This document shows, in pieces, positions 8,788 through 16,749 of a DNA stretch of 64,000 nt. The DNA lies in IMG/VR virus record IMGVR_UViG_3300028827_000129, positions 64,001-128,000 of that record; one strand, given 5' to 3'. Both the position numbers and the translations under genes were made by a program. The stretch is from a virus. Positions within the stretch are counted from its first letter, which is position 1. Each line of letters starts with the position of its first letter. The notes under the pieces were generated by a model, which made no database searches, had not been told where the DNA came from, and saw only the letters and a list, made by a program, of their open reading frames with translations.

Positions 8788-9099
8788 TTATCTGCACTGA
8801 ATCTGGATTTCGACTGCATCCTCGCCAATATGACTGAGGAGGGTTTCGAAATCCTTATCCCCAGGCTTAATGACGAAGCCGGCAATCGTCTGCCAGCTGA
8901 CGTTAACCTTCTTTAGAAGGTCTCTGCTTGCCTGAACACCAATGACTTTACCGTTGTCCTTGCAACGGATTATGACGTTCTGCCCCGTCGTATAAAGCAT
9001 GACTTTGTGGGAACGAACCCACAGGGCAGAACCGATTGCCGCCGTGCCAATGGCAACGATGGCGACTTTTTTGATAACATTCACAATCTTCTTACTCAT
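8788..9099 (-). CDS. membrane-anchored protein with two conserved Cys, paralog 1
   Basis: N-terminal TM; AAGGAGG SD before ATG 9099; aligns with 9190..9462. Confidence 0.75.
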   Translation of the reverse strand: MSKKIVNVIKKVAIVAIGTAAIGSALWVRSHKVMLYTTGQNVIIRCKDNGKVIGVQASRDLLKKVNVSWQTIAGFVIKPGDKDFETLLSHIGEDAVEIQIQCR

Positions 9100-9189
9100 A
9101 ATGTCCTCCTTAAATCGGCGTACCTTATACGCCATTATTAGCTGAACTTAGATGTTCAGCTCTTTAGGGTTTTTGGAGATGTTTGTGGG

Positions 9190-9462
9190 TTATTTACAAT
9201 TAACCCTGATCTCCATAACGTCGTCTCCGACGTTTTTGACGAGGGTCGTGAACACCTCGTCTTCCGGCCGGATGATCAGTCCAAGGTAGGACTTCACTCC
9301 GGTCTTTTTGAGGAGTTCAGAGTCGGGCTGAATCCCGACAATTTCTCCTCCCTTTTCGCACCGAAAGATAACGGTGCGGTCGCTGGCGTAGAAGTCGAAC
9401 TTCCACGTCACGTACACCGAAATGGCGAGAAAAAGTGTCAGAACAACCAGAAACCTTTTCAT
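9190..9462 (-). CDS. membrane-anchored protein with two conserved Cys, paralog 2
   Basis: N-terminal TM; AAGGAGG SD. Confidence 0.75.
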   Translation of the reverse strand: MKRFLVVLTLFLAISVYVTWKFDFYASDRTVIFRCEKGGEIVGIQPDSELLKKTGVKSYLGLIIRPEDEVFTTLVKNVGDDVMEIRVNCK

Positions 9463-9542
9463 CTGTGTCCTCCTTAGTTTACCCTTTAAAAGGGTTGTTT
9501 GTCCTTTAATAAGGACTTTCTTTAGTCTTTTACGACTCCTCC

Positions 9543-10325
9543 TTAGAGGAGGTAGTCGTAAAAGACGAAGTAGGGCAGCTTGTCAAGTCGCCTCTTTCCC
9601 CCATCGGCGTACCCGACGATGGGGTATTCCGCCTCCTGGGCGTGGCCACCAAAGTATTCCCTGGTGACCAGGTGCCCAGACCAGGTATTATCCCCGTCAT
9701 ACCTGATCCGGAGGCGGAAGAGCTCCTCGTGCTGCGGCTTGTACAGCCGCTTTGCAATGAGCTCGACCTCCTCCCATTTCTTTTCCCCCTCCTCGTCGGA
9801 GAGGTTCCCTCCGAGGATGCCCTCCAGGATCTCTTCGATGAGACCCTTGACCCGGGCCATCGCCTCGGGAGTGTCCCACTCCCCTTCAGCGATGCCCAGC
9901 GAGGGCACCTCATCGAGGGAGATGACGTCACTCCCGCAGTCACGCGGGGTGACGTCCCCGAACCTCTCGACCTCGATGAGGTCGGGTTCCTCCCTCTTGT
10001 AGAGGAACTCTTTTTTGGGGTGGTCCTGGCGGAAGATCCGCTGGACCTCCCTGTCGGAGGAGACGAGGATCTCCCAGTCCTCGTCCCTGGGGTCAATAAT
10101 GACCGCCCTTCCGAGGATGCGGGAGATGGCCCTAACGGCCTTGATCTCCTCCTCCTTTCCAACCCGGAAGTCGAAAACGACCGGGTTGTGAGGGCTATCC
10201 TCGCCGAAGTACTCGGCGAGGTACCCCTCCGCCTCTTGAATGCCGAAGAGCTCATAGAGCTCCTCGGCCTTTGCCCGACTAACATGTCGGGACGCCTCGT
10301 GGATCGCCATTTCAAACTTTTCCAT
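9543..10325 (-). CDS. acidic hypothetical protein (260 aa)
   Basis: AGGAGG SD before ATG 10325; strong GC3 codon bias. Confidence 0.8.
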   Translation of the reverse strand: MEKFEMAIHEASRHVSRAKAEELYELFGIQEAEGYLAEYFGEDSPHNPVVFDFRVGKEEEIKAVRAISRILGRAVIIDPRDEDWEILVSSDREVQRIFRQDHPKKEFLYKREEPDLIEVERFGDVTPRDCGSDVISLDEVPSLGIAEGEWDTPEAMARVKGLIEEILEGILGGNLSDEEGEKKWEEVELIAKRLYKPQHEELFRLRIRYDGDNTWSGHLVTREYFGGHAQEAEYPIVGYADGGKRRLDKLPYFVFYDYLL

Positions 10326-10524
10326 GGCTATCCTCCTTTCCCTTTGTTTTGCCGGTGAAACCGGCGTCTTTAGGCCTTGTAGAGGCCCTTTACCCGCCAA
10401 ATGCGGGTATTGATCCTCTTAATGAGGATCTTTTCCCCCTTCTGACGGGGGTCATGGGAGGCCGTAGCCTCCCCCTTTTCGCGGGAGATCCACCTCCCGC
10501 CAATACGACAGGACCGGGCCTTCA

Positions 10525-10707
10525 TTAGAAGCCCTCCCGGTCCTTTTCGCCCTGAAGAATCAGGGCGGTGAGGTCGTGGATGTTGGGGCCGCGGTCCCCC
10601 TTCATCCACATCTCGTACTGGGAAATCCAGTACTTCCTTTCGCCGCTCTTGAAGCGGTCCTTTCCGTACTCGCTGAGTACGGTTTTGAGAAATCTCTTTT
10701 TCGTCAT
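10525..10707 (-). CDS. hypothetical protein (60 aa)
   Basis: AAGGAG SD. Confidence 0.65.
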   Translation of the reverse strand: MTKKRFLKTVLSEYGKDRFKSGERKYWISQYEMWMKGDRGPNIHDLTALILQGEKDREGF

Positions 10708-10742
10708 CTTCTCTCTCCTTTCCTTCCTTTCCTTTTCCCGCT

Positions 10743-10898
10743 CTAGCGGGTGCTGTTGGTCAGAGTGACCATGTTCTGACCAACCTTTGCCCAGTCACTT
10801 TCAAACTGGGCTTTGGCGGCGTCGAACAGGCGACATCCGCCGTAAATCATGACAACCATCGCCACGGCGATGGCGATGGCCGTCTTCTTCACAGTCAT
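10743..10898 (-). CDS. signal-peptide/lipoprotein-like microprotein (51 aa), in frame with the upstream gene
   Basis: Translated by hand: MTVKKTAIAIAVAMVVMIYGGCRLF...; no clear SD. Confidence 0.55.
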   Translation of the reverse strand: MTVKKTAIAIAVAMVVMIYGGCRLFDAAKAQFESDWAKVGQNMVTLTNSTR

Positions 10899-10937
10899 CT
10901 TCTTCTTCGTGGTCTTCTTGATCGTCTTCTTTGTGGT

Positions 10938-11882
10938 CTACTTCTTCGCCGTGGTCTTCTTGGCCTTCTTCGCGGCCTTGAAGGCCGCGGCCATCGGGCC
11001 GCGGCCCTTAGCCGCGATGGCCCCGGCCGGTTTGGCCGGGGCCTTTTTGGCCATGACCCAGGCCACGGCCTCGACCACGAGCCGAGGCAACGGCTCGTGG
11101 CCGGAGAGGGCCTTCCTGGCCCCCTCCAAGGCCCTGACGTCGTGCCGCCAGAGGCGGCCGACGCCAAGGCCCTTCATGGCCTGGCGCTGGGCCTCCTTGG
11201 AGGCCCGGCGGGTTTCCTGCAGCCGGGCCTCCTTCTTCTTGAGGGAGGCCTCCTCCTCCAGGAGGCCCTCCATGGCCTCCTGGAGGTCCTCAAGGAGACC
11301 CAGGGCATCCGCCCCGGCCTCCCCGGCCTCCCGGATCTCGGCGATGGCCTTCCAGCCCTCGCCGAGGAGCCGGCGGATGTACCGCCGCCGGCGGCTGACC
11401 TCCTTCAGCCGCTTTCCGGCGACGTAACCGCGCCAGTAGGCGCGGTCCACCGACTCAAACCACGTCGCCGGCCTTTCGGCCAGCGACGTGATGTCAATGA
11501 GGGCCTTCTGGGTCTTCCTGGCCCAGAAGGCCTTCTCCTCGCCCCTCTTGAGGGCGAGGAGAAGGGCCCTCTCCTCCCGGTTAAGGGAGGAGAGGGCCTC
11601 CCTGAAGGCCTTCTCGCCCTTCTTGATGGCCGCCTCAAGGGCGGCCTCCTCCTCAGCGGACCGCTGAGGAGGAACGACCTTCTCCCCCTCCTCCTTCATC
11701 CGCACCTTCTCGGTACGGATAAAAGACTTCGGCCGCGGCTTGTAGGCCTCGGCCTTCTTGGCCTCGGCCTTGGCCTTCCTGGCCGAGGCCTCGGCTTTGC
11801 GGGCCTCGGCCCTCCTGGCCGAGGCCTCTTCCTTTGCCTGCTCCAGGAGCAGGCGCACATCGTAGAGGTCCATGGTCTTCAT
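10938..11882 (-). CDS. Ala/Lys/Glu/Arg-rich helical protein with histone-H1-like C-terminal tail
   Basis: AAGGAGG SD; KKAPAKPA...KAAKKAKKTTAKK; GC3 bias. Confidence 0.8.
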   Translation of the reverse strand: MKTMDLYDVRLLLEQAKEEASARRAEARKAEASARKAKAEAKKAEAYKPRPKSFIRTEKVRMKEEGEKVVPPQRSAEEEAALEAAIKKGEKAFREALSSLNREERALLLALKRGEEKAFWARKTQKALIDITSLAERPATWFESVDRAYWRGYVAGKRLKEVSRRRRYIRRLLGEGWKAIAEIREAGEAGADALGLLEDLQEAMEGLLEEEASLKKKEARLQETRRASKEAQRQAMKGLGVGRLWRHDVRALEGARKALSGHEPLPRLVVEAVAWVMAKKAPAKPAGAIAAKGRGPMAAAFKAAKKAKKTTAKK

Positions 11883-12148
11883 GGCTCCTCCTTAAGCCCT
11901 ATCACGTAGCCAGGCAACGTCAAAGACGCCGTCCATGGCTTACGTTTCCCAGCGGTCGGGCTAAGCCGCTGGGCTCTTTCGGGCCTTATCGGCCCTTTTT
12001 CTGGCATCGTCTCAAGGACGTGCCAAAGAATCCCTCCTACAAAAGCAGAAGAGATTCTTTGGCACCCCGAATCACTTCAGGGATGCCGTGTGGGGGCGGG
12101 CCGTACAGCATCGGGGCGGCCCGCCCCCGGAGGTCCTCCGGTACCTGG

Positions 12149-12487
12149 CTATGCAGCCAGATACCGAAGGATCCGATCATCGTCGTCCTGGCAGCCCACC
12201 AGGACAACGAGTCGCCTGAGAGCGCAATAGCGCTCTCCAGACAACTGCAGATGCTCCCGAAGGAGCACCTTGAACCTCCTGATGTCGCCGCCGCAGTATG
12301 CGGCGGCCCGGAGGGCCATCAGTTCCTCCGGGCTCCTGGCCATGTCCGGATCCAGGGTTGCGAGGCCCTGGAGGACCGCCAAAACCATCTCCTCGAAGGA
12401 GACGACCACCTTCTCCTTCTGCGCCTCGGCCTTCTTGGCCGCCCTCCTGGCGGCCTTTTTCAGTTTCTTCTTTTCACGCTTTTTCAT
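12149..12487 (-). CDS. hypothetical protein with basic N-terminus (112 aa); first gene of the leftward block
   Basis: AGGAG SD; GC3 bias. Confidence 0.7.
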   Translation of the reverse strand: MKKREKKKLKKAARRAAKKAEAQKEKVVVSFEEMVLAVLQGLATLDPDMARSPEELMALRAAAYCGGDIRRFKVLLREHLQLSGERYCALRRLVVLVGCQDDDDRILRYLAA

Positions 12488-12489
12488 GA

Positions 12490-13100
12490 CGGTTCTCTCT
12501 CCTTTCTGGGCCTTTTTATGACCTGCCCAGGTCTGATTATGGGGGTAAAACCCCCTCTATATACCCGATTGCTCGGGCATATAGAGGGGGCCTCTGCCAG
12601 AGCCAGAGGCCACATACGGTGGGTGCCTAGGCATACTAGGATATGCCCACTATGCCCCATCATGGGGCGTGGCATGGTCTCTGGCAGAGGCCCACCAGCC
12701 CAGGGATCGATGGACATCCACTCCCTGGGCATGGGGCGGGATATTTATCGCTACGCGCCTCCTTCTCCAGACACATACTCACCTCTAATCATGGCTCGTT
12801 AGAGCCATTGGGCTTTCGTGCCTATGGAGATTTTTCCGCCACAGGCGCGTGCCACCACCCGGGGATGCAGATGCCTGCAGAGCCCCGGGCTGCCAGGTAG
12901 CAGCTCGGTGGACTTGTACGCGATGCACGTGGCATCACTGGGGCGCTGGCAGTCCCCTCCTCCAGGAGCTGGGGTTACGATGGGTGGGGTAGAGAGGCTG
13001 GAGAACCTCTCTGAGACCCCCCGGGCTCGTAACTGCCCTTTAGCTCCCTTTGGAGCCTCATTACACCAGGCCTTCTCCCCCTACCTCTCACCCCTGTCCT
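12490..13100. other. GC-rich, hairpin-tiled, probably non-coding region
   Basis: Many adjacent inverted repeats; no convincing ORF with an SD. Confidence 0.6.
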
Positions 13101-13223
13101 TCTTTTTGGTTGTTTCCTTATGTTCTTGTTTTGAGGGCTTTGCGAAAAAAATATATATATTTTTTAGGGTGTTATATAGGGTTATTTCCTTTATTTGTGA
13201 GGGATTATATTATACTTGTGGTT

Positions 13224-13412
13224 ATGGATGATATAGAGAAGATATATATAATTGCCAAAGAGAGGGAATGTAGTGAATATGATGTATTTGTAAAGGCTGG
13301 TAAGATATGGGGTATTGATGATATAGATTATTATTTTAAGAATTATTTATTAAGAGATATAGTTCCTTATTTTGTAAGGGATTATATAAGGAAGGTGTTA
13401 TTAGATGGATAA
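13224..13412 (+). CDS. hypothetical protein (62 aa), C-poor gene
   Basis: Protein-like translation from ATG 13224; only 5 C in 189 nt. Confidence 0.6.
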   Translation: MDDIEKIYIIAKERECSEYDVFVKAGKIWGIDDIDYYFKNYLLRDIVPYFVRDYIRKVLLDG

Positions 13413-13578
13413 GGGGTATATATTAAAGAGGGTATTGGGTATAGAGGGGACGTGTAAGAGTTGTAGATATTGGAAGGGTGATTATGTATTTGATGAATGT
13501 GGGGAGTGTAGTATTAGAAATAATGAGATAGTAGATGGGAATGATTATTGTTGGGGGTATGATTGTAGGGATATATAA
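13405..13578 (+). CDS. Cys-rich microprotein (57 aa), one cytosine in the whole gene
   Basis: Translated by hand: MDKGYILKRVLGIEGTCKSCRYWKGDYVFDECGECSIRNNEIVDGNDYCWGYDCRDI. Confidence 0.6.
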   Translation: MDKGYILKRVLGIEGTCKSCRYWKGDYVFDECGECSIRNNEIVDGNDYCWGYDCRDI

Positions 13579-13644
13579 TATAAAGGGAGGGGTTTGTTTT
13601 TTTAAAAAAAATATATATATCTTTGCCCCGCTTTTTTTGTAATT

Positions 13645-13923
13645 ATGGAGATTATACAGATGGCAGATTTATCTTGGGCTGAACATATAGACGTTCTTAA
13701 TATTCTTATCGGGCTTTTATTTTCCGGAGTTACATGGTTTGCTATAAGGGCATTGAGACTTATAGATAGAAATCAAACTGAGCTGTTTAGAAGGTTGAAT
13801 ACATTGGAAAAAGAGTTTTATGCTCTTAAGGGAGAGCATATGGCGCTTGGTACGATATGTAAATACAGAAGAGGGTATTCTGATTCTGTTTGTAAAGAAT
13901 TTAATGAGAATAATGGAGGGTGA
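13645..13923 (+). CDS. single-TM protein with coiled coil (holin/hemolysin-like?)
   Basis: TM segment ILIGLLFSGVTWFAI followed by heptads. Confidence 0.55.
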   Translation: MEIIQMADLSWAEHIDVLNILIGLLFSGVTWFAIRALRLIDRNQTELFRRLNTLEKEFYALKGEHMALGTICKYRRGYSDSVCKEFNENNGG

Positions 13924-13925
13924 AG

Positions 13926-14303
13926 ATGGCTCTTTTATACGCTCCTAAAGAGTACTGGTTATTATCTGATGAAGAGAGGGATGATATAGTTGGTGGGTGT
14001 GGGCCTGGCAAAGGCTGGAAAGAGTATTTGGTTCCTGACAAGATATGGGGATTGAATATTATTGAATGTTGTAAAATACATGATTATATGTATTTTGCTG
14101 GCAAGACACATTTAGATAAAGAACAAGCAGATAGAGTATTTTTATACAATATGCTCAGACTTATTGATTATGAGACGAATAGTGTGATATTAAAATTTCT
14201 TAGACAAAGAAGGGCCTGGTTATACTACCAGGCTGTAAGTAAATTTGGTGGGCCTGCTTTTTGGGCTAATAAGAATGAAGATGAGGAGATGAAAAGGGTA
14301 TGA
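13926..14303 (+). CDS. phospholipase-A2-like / DUF1353-like phage protein
   Basis: GCGPG, CCKIHDYMY, ADRVFLYNM, YYQAVSKFGG. Confidence 0.65.
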   Translation: MALLYAPKEYWLLSDEERDDIVGGCGPGKGWKEYLVPDKIWGLNIIECCKIHDYMYFAGKTHLDKEQADRVFLYNMLRLIDYETNSVILKFLRQRRAWLYYQAVSKFGGPAFWANKNEDEEMKRV

Positions 14304-14716
14304 GAAAATTTTTAATATTTCTTGCCGCGATTTTTTTGGTAATGTCTATTGGCTGTGCGACATTGGATAGTTTACAATCTTTGATTGCTGTCGACATCAC
14401 TACGAGGGTGGTTCTTGACAAATACCCACAATGGGCTGATGAAATAAGTTATGTATGCGATAATGCAATAAAAGCAATCGATGCCGGTCTTATTGAAAAT
14501 GTTGACCAATTGGAAGTTTGGATCCGAGATTATGTGAATTGGAATTCATTAGTTCCTTCAGAAAAGGCTATCGTTGATGAATTTATTAAAAATATAATCA
14601 TGGATATCAAAGCCAATGTCCCAGATATGGACGAACAAGATAAAGCATCGATTGAAAAGATGCGAACTGTTCTTGTTCTAATAAAAGAACTTGCAGAGCA
14701 AGAAATAAACAAATAA
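14300..14716 (+). CDS. lipoprotein (138 aa)
   Basis: Signal peptide with lipobox SIGC. Confidence 0.7.
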   Translation: MRKFLIFLAAIFLVMSIGCATLDSLQSLIAVDITTRVVLDKYPQWADEISYVCDNAIKAIDAGLIENVDQLEVWIRDYVNWNSLVPSEKAIVDEFIKNIIMDIKANVPDMDEQDKASIEKMRTVLVLIKELAEQEINK

Positions 14717-14720
14717 AAAT

Positions 14721-14746
14721 AAAAGGCCCCTTTTATGGGGCCTTTT
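14721..14746. terminator. bidirectional terminator between convergent operons
   Basis: AAAAGGCCCC-TTTTAT-GGGGCCTTTT. Confidence 0.85.
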
Positions 14747-14752
14747 AAATTG

Positions 14753-15025
14753 CTACTCTGCCATTTTTAATAAAATCAAGTATCCTAAAAGATCTTCTAC
14801 TGTATCTTCGTTCTGATATTCATTGCCCCGCATCAATCTGGATAACTTGTCATCAATTCTTACCTTTAATTGTTCTGTTGTACTTGCTTTAGAAAATATT
14901 CGCACCGGGTTGAGTGCGGAATTACCGTAAGAACGGTTTTTAGATATCAACTTGTCCCTTATACGCCGTAATACTTTGTCTAGCTTATTTTCAAATTCAG
15001 AGTTGACATCTTTTGCTTTAGCCAT
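14753..15025 (-). CDS. DUF1599 / nucleotide-modification-associated helical domain protein
   Basis: KNRSYG, RIDDKLSRL, EDTVEDLLGY motifs. Confidence 0.7.
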   Translation of the reverse strand: MAKAKDVNSEFENKLDKVLRRIRDKLISKNRSYGNSALNPVRIFSKASTTEQLKVRIDDKLSRLMRGNEYQNEDTVEDLLGYLILLKMAE

Positions 15026-15290
15026 TTATTTTTGAACCTCCTTTATTTGTTTCTTTACTTGTTTCTGCTTCAAGTATGTCTTTTCGCGGTATACATAAGA
15101 AGTCTTTGTTTTCATGTGTCAAATAATTGAACATAATGATTTGCCCGGCCTTTAAGCCGTTTCTATAACCTAAAACAATGCCAGCCCTATATGCATCTGT
15201 GTATACCTTATTATACGTTTTATGACCAATGTAAAATAATGAAGTCATGACGAAAAGTGTTGAAAAAACAATAAGAATACGCTTATACAC
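15018..15290 (-). CDS. single-TM hypothetical protein
   Basis: N-terminal TM; overlaps its neighbours. Confidence 0.65.
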   Translation of the reverse strand: MYKRILIVFSTLFVMTSLFYIGHKTYNKVYTDAYRAGIVLGYRNGLKAGQIIMFNYLTHENKDFLCIPRKDILEAETSKETNKGGSKING

Positions 15291-16002
15291 TTCTGTTGAA
15301 CCTCGCTAAAATTTGATCTAATTGAAAGTCATAAATATGAAGACCTGAAGAATAGCAAAACATCCTCCCGTTCTTTAGTCCAGTCGTATCTGCAACAAAT
15401 TGCTTCAATATTTCAAACCCTCCAAGATTTGTAGGTAATCCAGCATACAAATCCCATGATCTAAAATATAACGAAATCGTTAACTCTTTAGGCGGTACAA
15501 CCTTGAAGTCAATCAAACGACAACAAGGAGGGTCATATTTGCCATCTTTGCCCCAACATTCATTGTAATCGTTCGGGGTTCCAATTTCTATGATTGCCTG
15601 ATTGGTAAACGGCGTTCTTTTTAATAAATCAATAACAAAATCAAATTGCGAACCAGTATATTTTCTATTCTCTAAATCAGACTTTAAATTACCTTGATGA
15701 TGAATTCTATGACCATATCTATACGTCTCATTCTCACTTACAGTAGAAGGATCCATTAAATAATTCGCAAAATAGTCCTCTATATACTCCATCGTTGTGG
15801 GCGGCATTAAACCACTGCCCTCCGGCATTATCGGCACTATATCATCCCAAGGCATCTCAATCTCTGCAGAAAAAGACGAAAGCTGAAGCCTATAATTACC
15901 CTCAAAGCTGCCCTGCTGAATCTCTTGCCTATACCCATGATTCAACATGTAAACAAGACTCCTAAACCATAAATCAGAAATCGTCTTGGCCTCTATGTGC
16001 AT
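15283..16002 (-). CDS. thyA: thymidylate synthase family enzyme (short, archaeal-like ThyA)
   Basis: YRYGHRI, PPCC (catalytic Cys), FRSWD, GLPTN, LHIY; SD before ATG 16002. Confidence 0.85.
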   Translation of the reverse strand: MHIEAKTISDLWFRSLVYMLNHGYRQEIQQGSFEGNYRLQLSSFSAEIEMPWDDIVPIMPEGSGLMPPTTMEYIEDYFANYLMDPSTVSENETYRYGHRIHHQGNLKSDLENRKYTGSQFDFVIDLLKRTPFTNQAIIEIGTPNDYNECWGKDGKYDPPCCRLIDFKVVPPKELTISLYFRSWDLYAGLPTNLGGFEILKQFVADTTGLKNGRMFCYSSGLHIYDFQLDQILARFNRSV

Positions 16003-16003
16003 C

Positions 16004-16441
16004 TCATTCCTCCTTGATCCTAAACTTGATAAAGCTAACCTTCTTGTTCTCAATTAAACGCTTTACTAATACCTGCTCCTTCGATAACTTCGGAGAAGTT
16101 CCGGTTTTTACATCTATGAAATCTACACTACCACCGTTACCATCTTTGTCCGGGAATTTGATTCCTATAAAATCAACAACATTTCCTACCGTAAAAAGAC
16201 GATCATATACAACTTTAAGCTTTATATATCCGATCAGTTCTCCTAATTTCCCTTTATACGTATTGGAGACGCTCTGTGCGCTCATAATTACCCTCTGTGG
16301 GATAGAAGATACTAGTTCGAAAAGTTTTTGGCTCTCAGAGGCTCTCAGGGCCTCTGAGCGTCTTATGCTAAAAATTGCTATTAAAACGCTTACTGATGAT
16401 ATGATGGAGATTATGATTGCTGCAAGAAGTAAAGCGTTCAT
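16004..16441 (-). CDS. membrane-anchored Holliday-junction-resolvase-like PD-(D/E)xK endonuclease
   Basis: N-terminal TM; KGKLGE, VDFI, FIDVKTG, LSKEQ. Confidence 0.75.
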   Translation of the reverse strand: MNALLLAAIIISIISSVSVLIAIFSIRRSEALRASESQKLFELVSSIPQRVIMSAQSVSNTYKGKLGELIGYIKLKVVYDRLFTVGNVVDFIGIKFPDKDGNGGSVDFIDVKTGTSPKLSKEQVLVKRLIENKKVSFIKFRIKEE

Positions 16442-16737
16442 TATTTATTTGCTCCTGCTCCGCGTGTTGAACCTGATAAACTAACTACATTACCTCCTGC
16501 GTTATTCTCTTTTTTACTTTCATTGCCCGGCTCTTTATCGTTCTTTTCGCCGTGGATAATCTTTTGTACATCATCTGTGCTCAATACACTCTTCTCTACA
16601 AGGACCTCTAAAAATCTAGTGATAATCTCTTCGTAAGCCCCAAAAGCACGTTGCATCCCCATGATCGCTTGATAAAGAACGCCTAAGTCTTTAACAATAT
16701 CAGCTTTGCGAATCTTGTTCTCTTTTATCTTGTACAT
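16441..16737 (-). CDS. hypothetical protein (98 aa)
   Basis: AAGGAGG SD. Confidence 0.7.
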   Translation of the reverse strand: MYKIKENKIRKADIVKDLGVLYQAIMGMQRAFGAYEEIITRFLEVLVEKSVLSTDDVQKIIHGEKNDKEPGNESKKENNAGGNVVSLSGSTRGAGANK

Positions 16738-16749
16738 TTCAGTCCTCCT

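Noticed and set aside
9543-10325. HExxH metalloprotease
   Set aside because: The sequence is HEASRH, one residue too long, with no other supporting motifs
11900-13100. tRNA or tmRNA genes
   Set aside because: Many hairpins, but I could not find a cloverleaf, T-loop GTTCRA or CCA arrangement
13050-13223. N-terminal extension of ORF 13050..13412; host-phage chimera at this junction
   Set aside because: The extension crosses the compositional break and is not protein-like. A chimera is disfavoured, though not excluded, because both sides are phage-like and share the 1593/17481 motif
15283-16002. dCMP hydroxymethylase as an explanation for C depletion
   Set aside because: The specificity residue is Asn (GLPTN), the dUMP type, not Asp
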